Translations under genes and position numbers: made by a program | Notes under the pieces: model-generated | The model's input: the letters and a program-made list of their open reading frames with translations, nothing else | Databases searched by the model: none | What the model was told of the DNA's origin: nothing | NCBI GenBank assembly: GCA_965235115.1 | Contig: OZ249440.1 | Span: forward strand, 34,102,001-34,166,000 | Direction of reading: 5' to 3' | Length of the DNA stretch: 64,000 bases | From: Laetmonice hystrix | Lineage: Eukaryota | In this document: positions 62,254 to 64,000 of the stretch, piece by piece | Position numbering within the stretch: position 1 is the first letter of the stretch | Layout of the letters: the number at the start of each line of letters is the position of its first letter

Positions 62254-64000
62254 CTATAGCATCCATACTTCGTCAACATTTTCCAACATGACCATTCTCT
62301 GTCGATTCACACAGTGCATTATTTGTGGCCATTCATATACCAGGTTTACAAATGGAAGAATACACTTCTTTTCCTCGGGAACAACTATGAATGTATTTCG
62401 GTGATTGTCAAATGCGTAAATGTTAAGATATTTGCAATCAAAGTATGTATCACGCTGCTTGACAATGATTCTGTCAATCATCACAAGTTCAGGTTCTTCA
62501 TCCCAGGATTTCACTAGCACAGTCCCCTGGGTGTAAGTGTGCCCATTAATGGTTACTTTGGGGGAAATCAGTACGTTGCAGTTGTCATCTGTTACTTGTG
62601 AGAGATTGTCTATAGTAACTCCAGGAAGTGCATATCCCGCCACAACATAATCTCCAGCACCCAAATAGTTCCAAGATGGATGTCCTTGCATATCCCGCAT
62701 TTGAAAACACATCCAGTTTTGGTGATACTCAGCCAGCGATTTTGCAATGTTCTGAAAATTAAACCATCGCTTTTGTTTAAGAAATCCATTTTTGGCTTCA
62801 AACCTCATGCACCAATGCATCCGTAGAGGTCCAAAAAGCCTAATTTGATCAGGGAAATGGATCAAATAATGAAGTTTGGGGATAAATGACTCTTCCGGAT
62901 ATAACTTTCCAAAAGATAGTAAATAGCGACCAATTGTGTACCTGAGAGAATCAATTGTTCTTTGTGATACGACTGATGACATACAGAGAATTGTGATCTG
63001 AAGAAAGCAAAGAAAATTGCCCAATTGAGGTCACCAACCGGAATCTTATCACCAATCATGTATGGCAGTAATGTGACAAGTATCTTCATAGATGCCGCAC
63101 TCTGCGAGAACACTACGCCATTGACCAAATGTTTTCGCTCGATGGGTTGTGGCTTATCCCTTGCTTCTGAAGGTGTGTATTCAAAACGTAATATAGAATT
63201 GTTTAACTCCTCCAGTGTAATGTATTTCTTCTCAATGACAATTGTTCTCAGAAGACAGCGGAGTTCACATCTGGCAATCCCTTCAAGGATAACGTGCATC
63301 GGGTCGTGCAAAAGACATTTTGTTAGCTCAAAATGAGGAACATCCATCAACACACTTCGACCATTAACACCCCATTTCTTTGACCAGTACTTTGAGCCAG
63401 CTCTACTAATTTCTTCCAAAAGAGTGACACGATCGCGATGTTCTGCTTCATCTCGAGGATGACAGTCACTTGAAAAAACGCACGTAGTTTGCTAAGTTCC
63501 TCTCTTTTCACGTCACACGTTCTGCATGGTGCGTTTGCTTGACCCACTCCTTCTTTGAAACCACCAAGTAGCTGGCTTGCTAAAGTATCTGCGAGGACGA
63601 TGCTGAGTATTCCATAATATCTCTTCACCCCATAATTGGGAAGGTATAAATCAACCCCATCGGACAAAGACTTAAGAGAAGTAATCAGGTCTTGGACCAG
63701 TGCCAGTGGAGCTGTTCCGTGTTTTTTCAAATCTTTTGTTTTGGCTATCGCTGCAAGTTGTATGTAAGATAGCTTACTGCAATAGGAAGGCGGTACGTTT
63801 AGCAAGAGCCAGTAAAAAGCTGTCAATTTGTGCTTCTTACGGTGGCTGCCAATGGCATTAACGATTTCAAAGTCGTCAGTGTAAACGGCGAACAATAGCG
63901 CATCTGGATGACGCTGCAGAAAGTCAATCTGATGGATGTATTCCCCGTCCTGAATATCTAACAACAGACCATGTTGTTGTCTTCTGTCTTGACGCAGGTG
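62254..64000 (-). pseudogene. EnSpm/CACTA (CMC)-type transposase, two frameshifts, 5' end beyond the window
   Basis: YTDDFEIVNAIGSHRKKHKL, LADTLASQLLGGFKE..CRTC, HDPMHVILEGI, PKLHYLIH..FGPL..WCMRFEAKN, split across ORFs 63347-63964, 62862-63419 and 62254-63024. Confidence 0.85.

Overview
Transposon-dense animal genomic DNA (probably an invertebrate; GT-AG introns throughout). One clear host gene: a 30-exon, ~1320-aa ABCC4/MRP4-like ABC transporter on the minus strand (32778-18784). The standout is a 14.3-kb element (35588-49894) bounded by imperfect 30-bp terminal inverted repeats. It carries one apparently intact spliced gene (~1513 aa) fusing a PR-Set7/KMT5A-like SET methyltransferase domain, long tandem peptide repeats, two zinc fingers, a tyrosine recombinase and a C-terminal Myb/SANT-like domain. 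Its non-coding DNA holds roughly 50 co-oriented copies of a motif (GTCCWCACTTT) also present in its termini. The rest of the window includes a young but defective Ty3/gypsy LTR element (8677-13546), a PNMA-like gag-protease relic, a frameshifted EnSpm/CACTA-type transposase with a SAM-domain companion gene, Harbinger-like, Tc1/pogo-like, hAT-like and Kolobok-like MITEs, LINE, DIRS and CryptonA relics, and microsatellites. All exon models and counts were made by hand, and family names come from motif recognition, not database searches.
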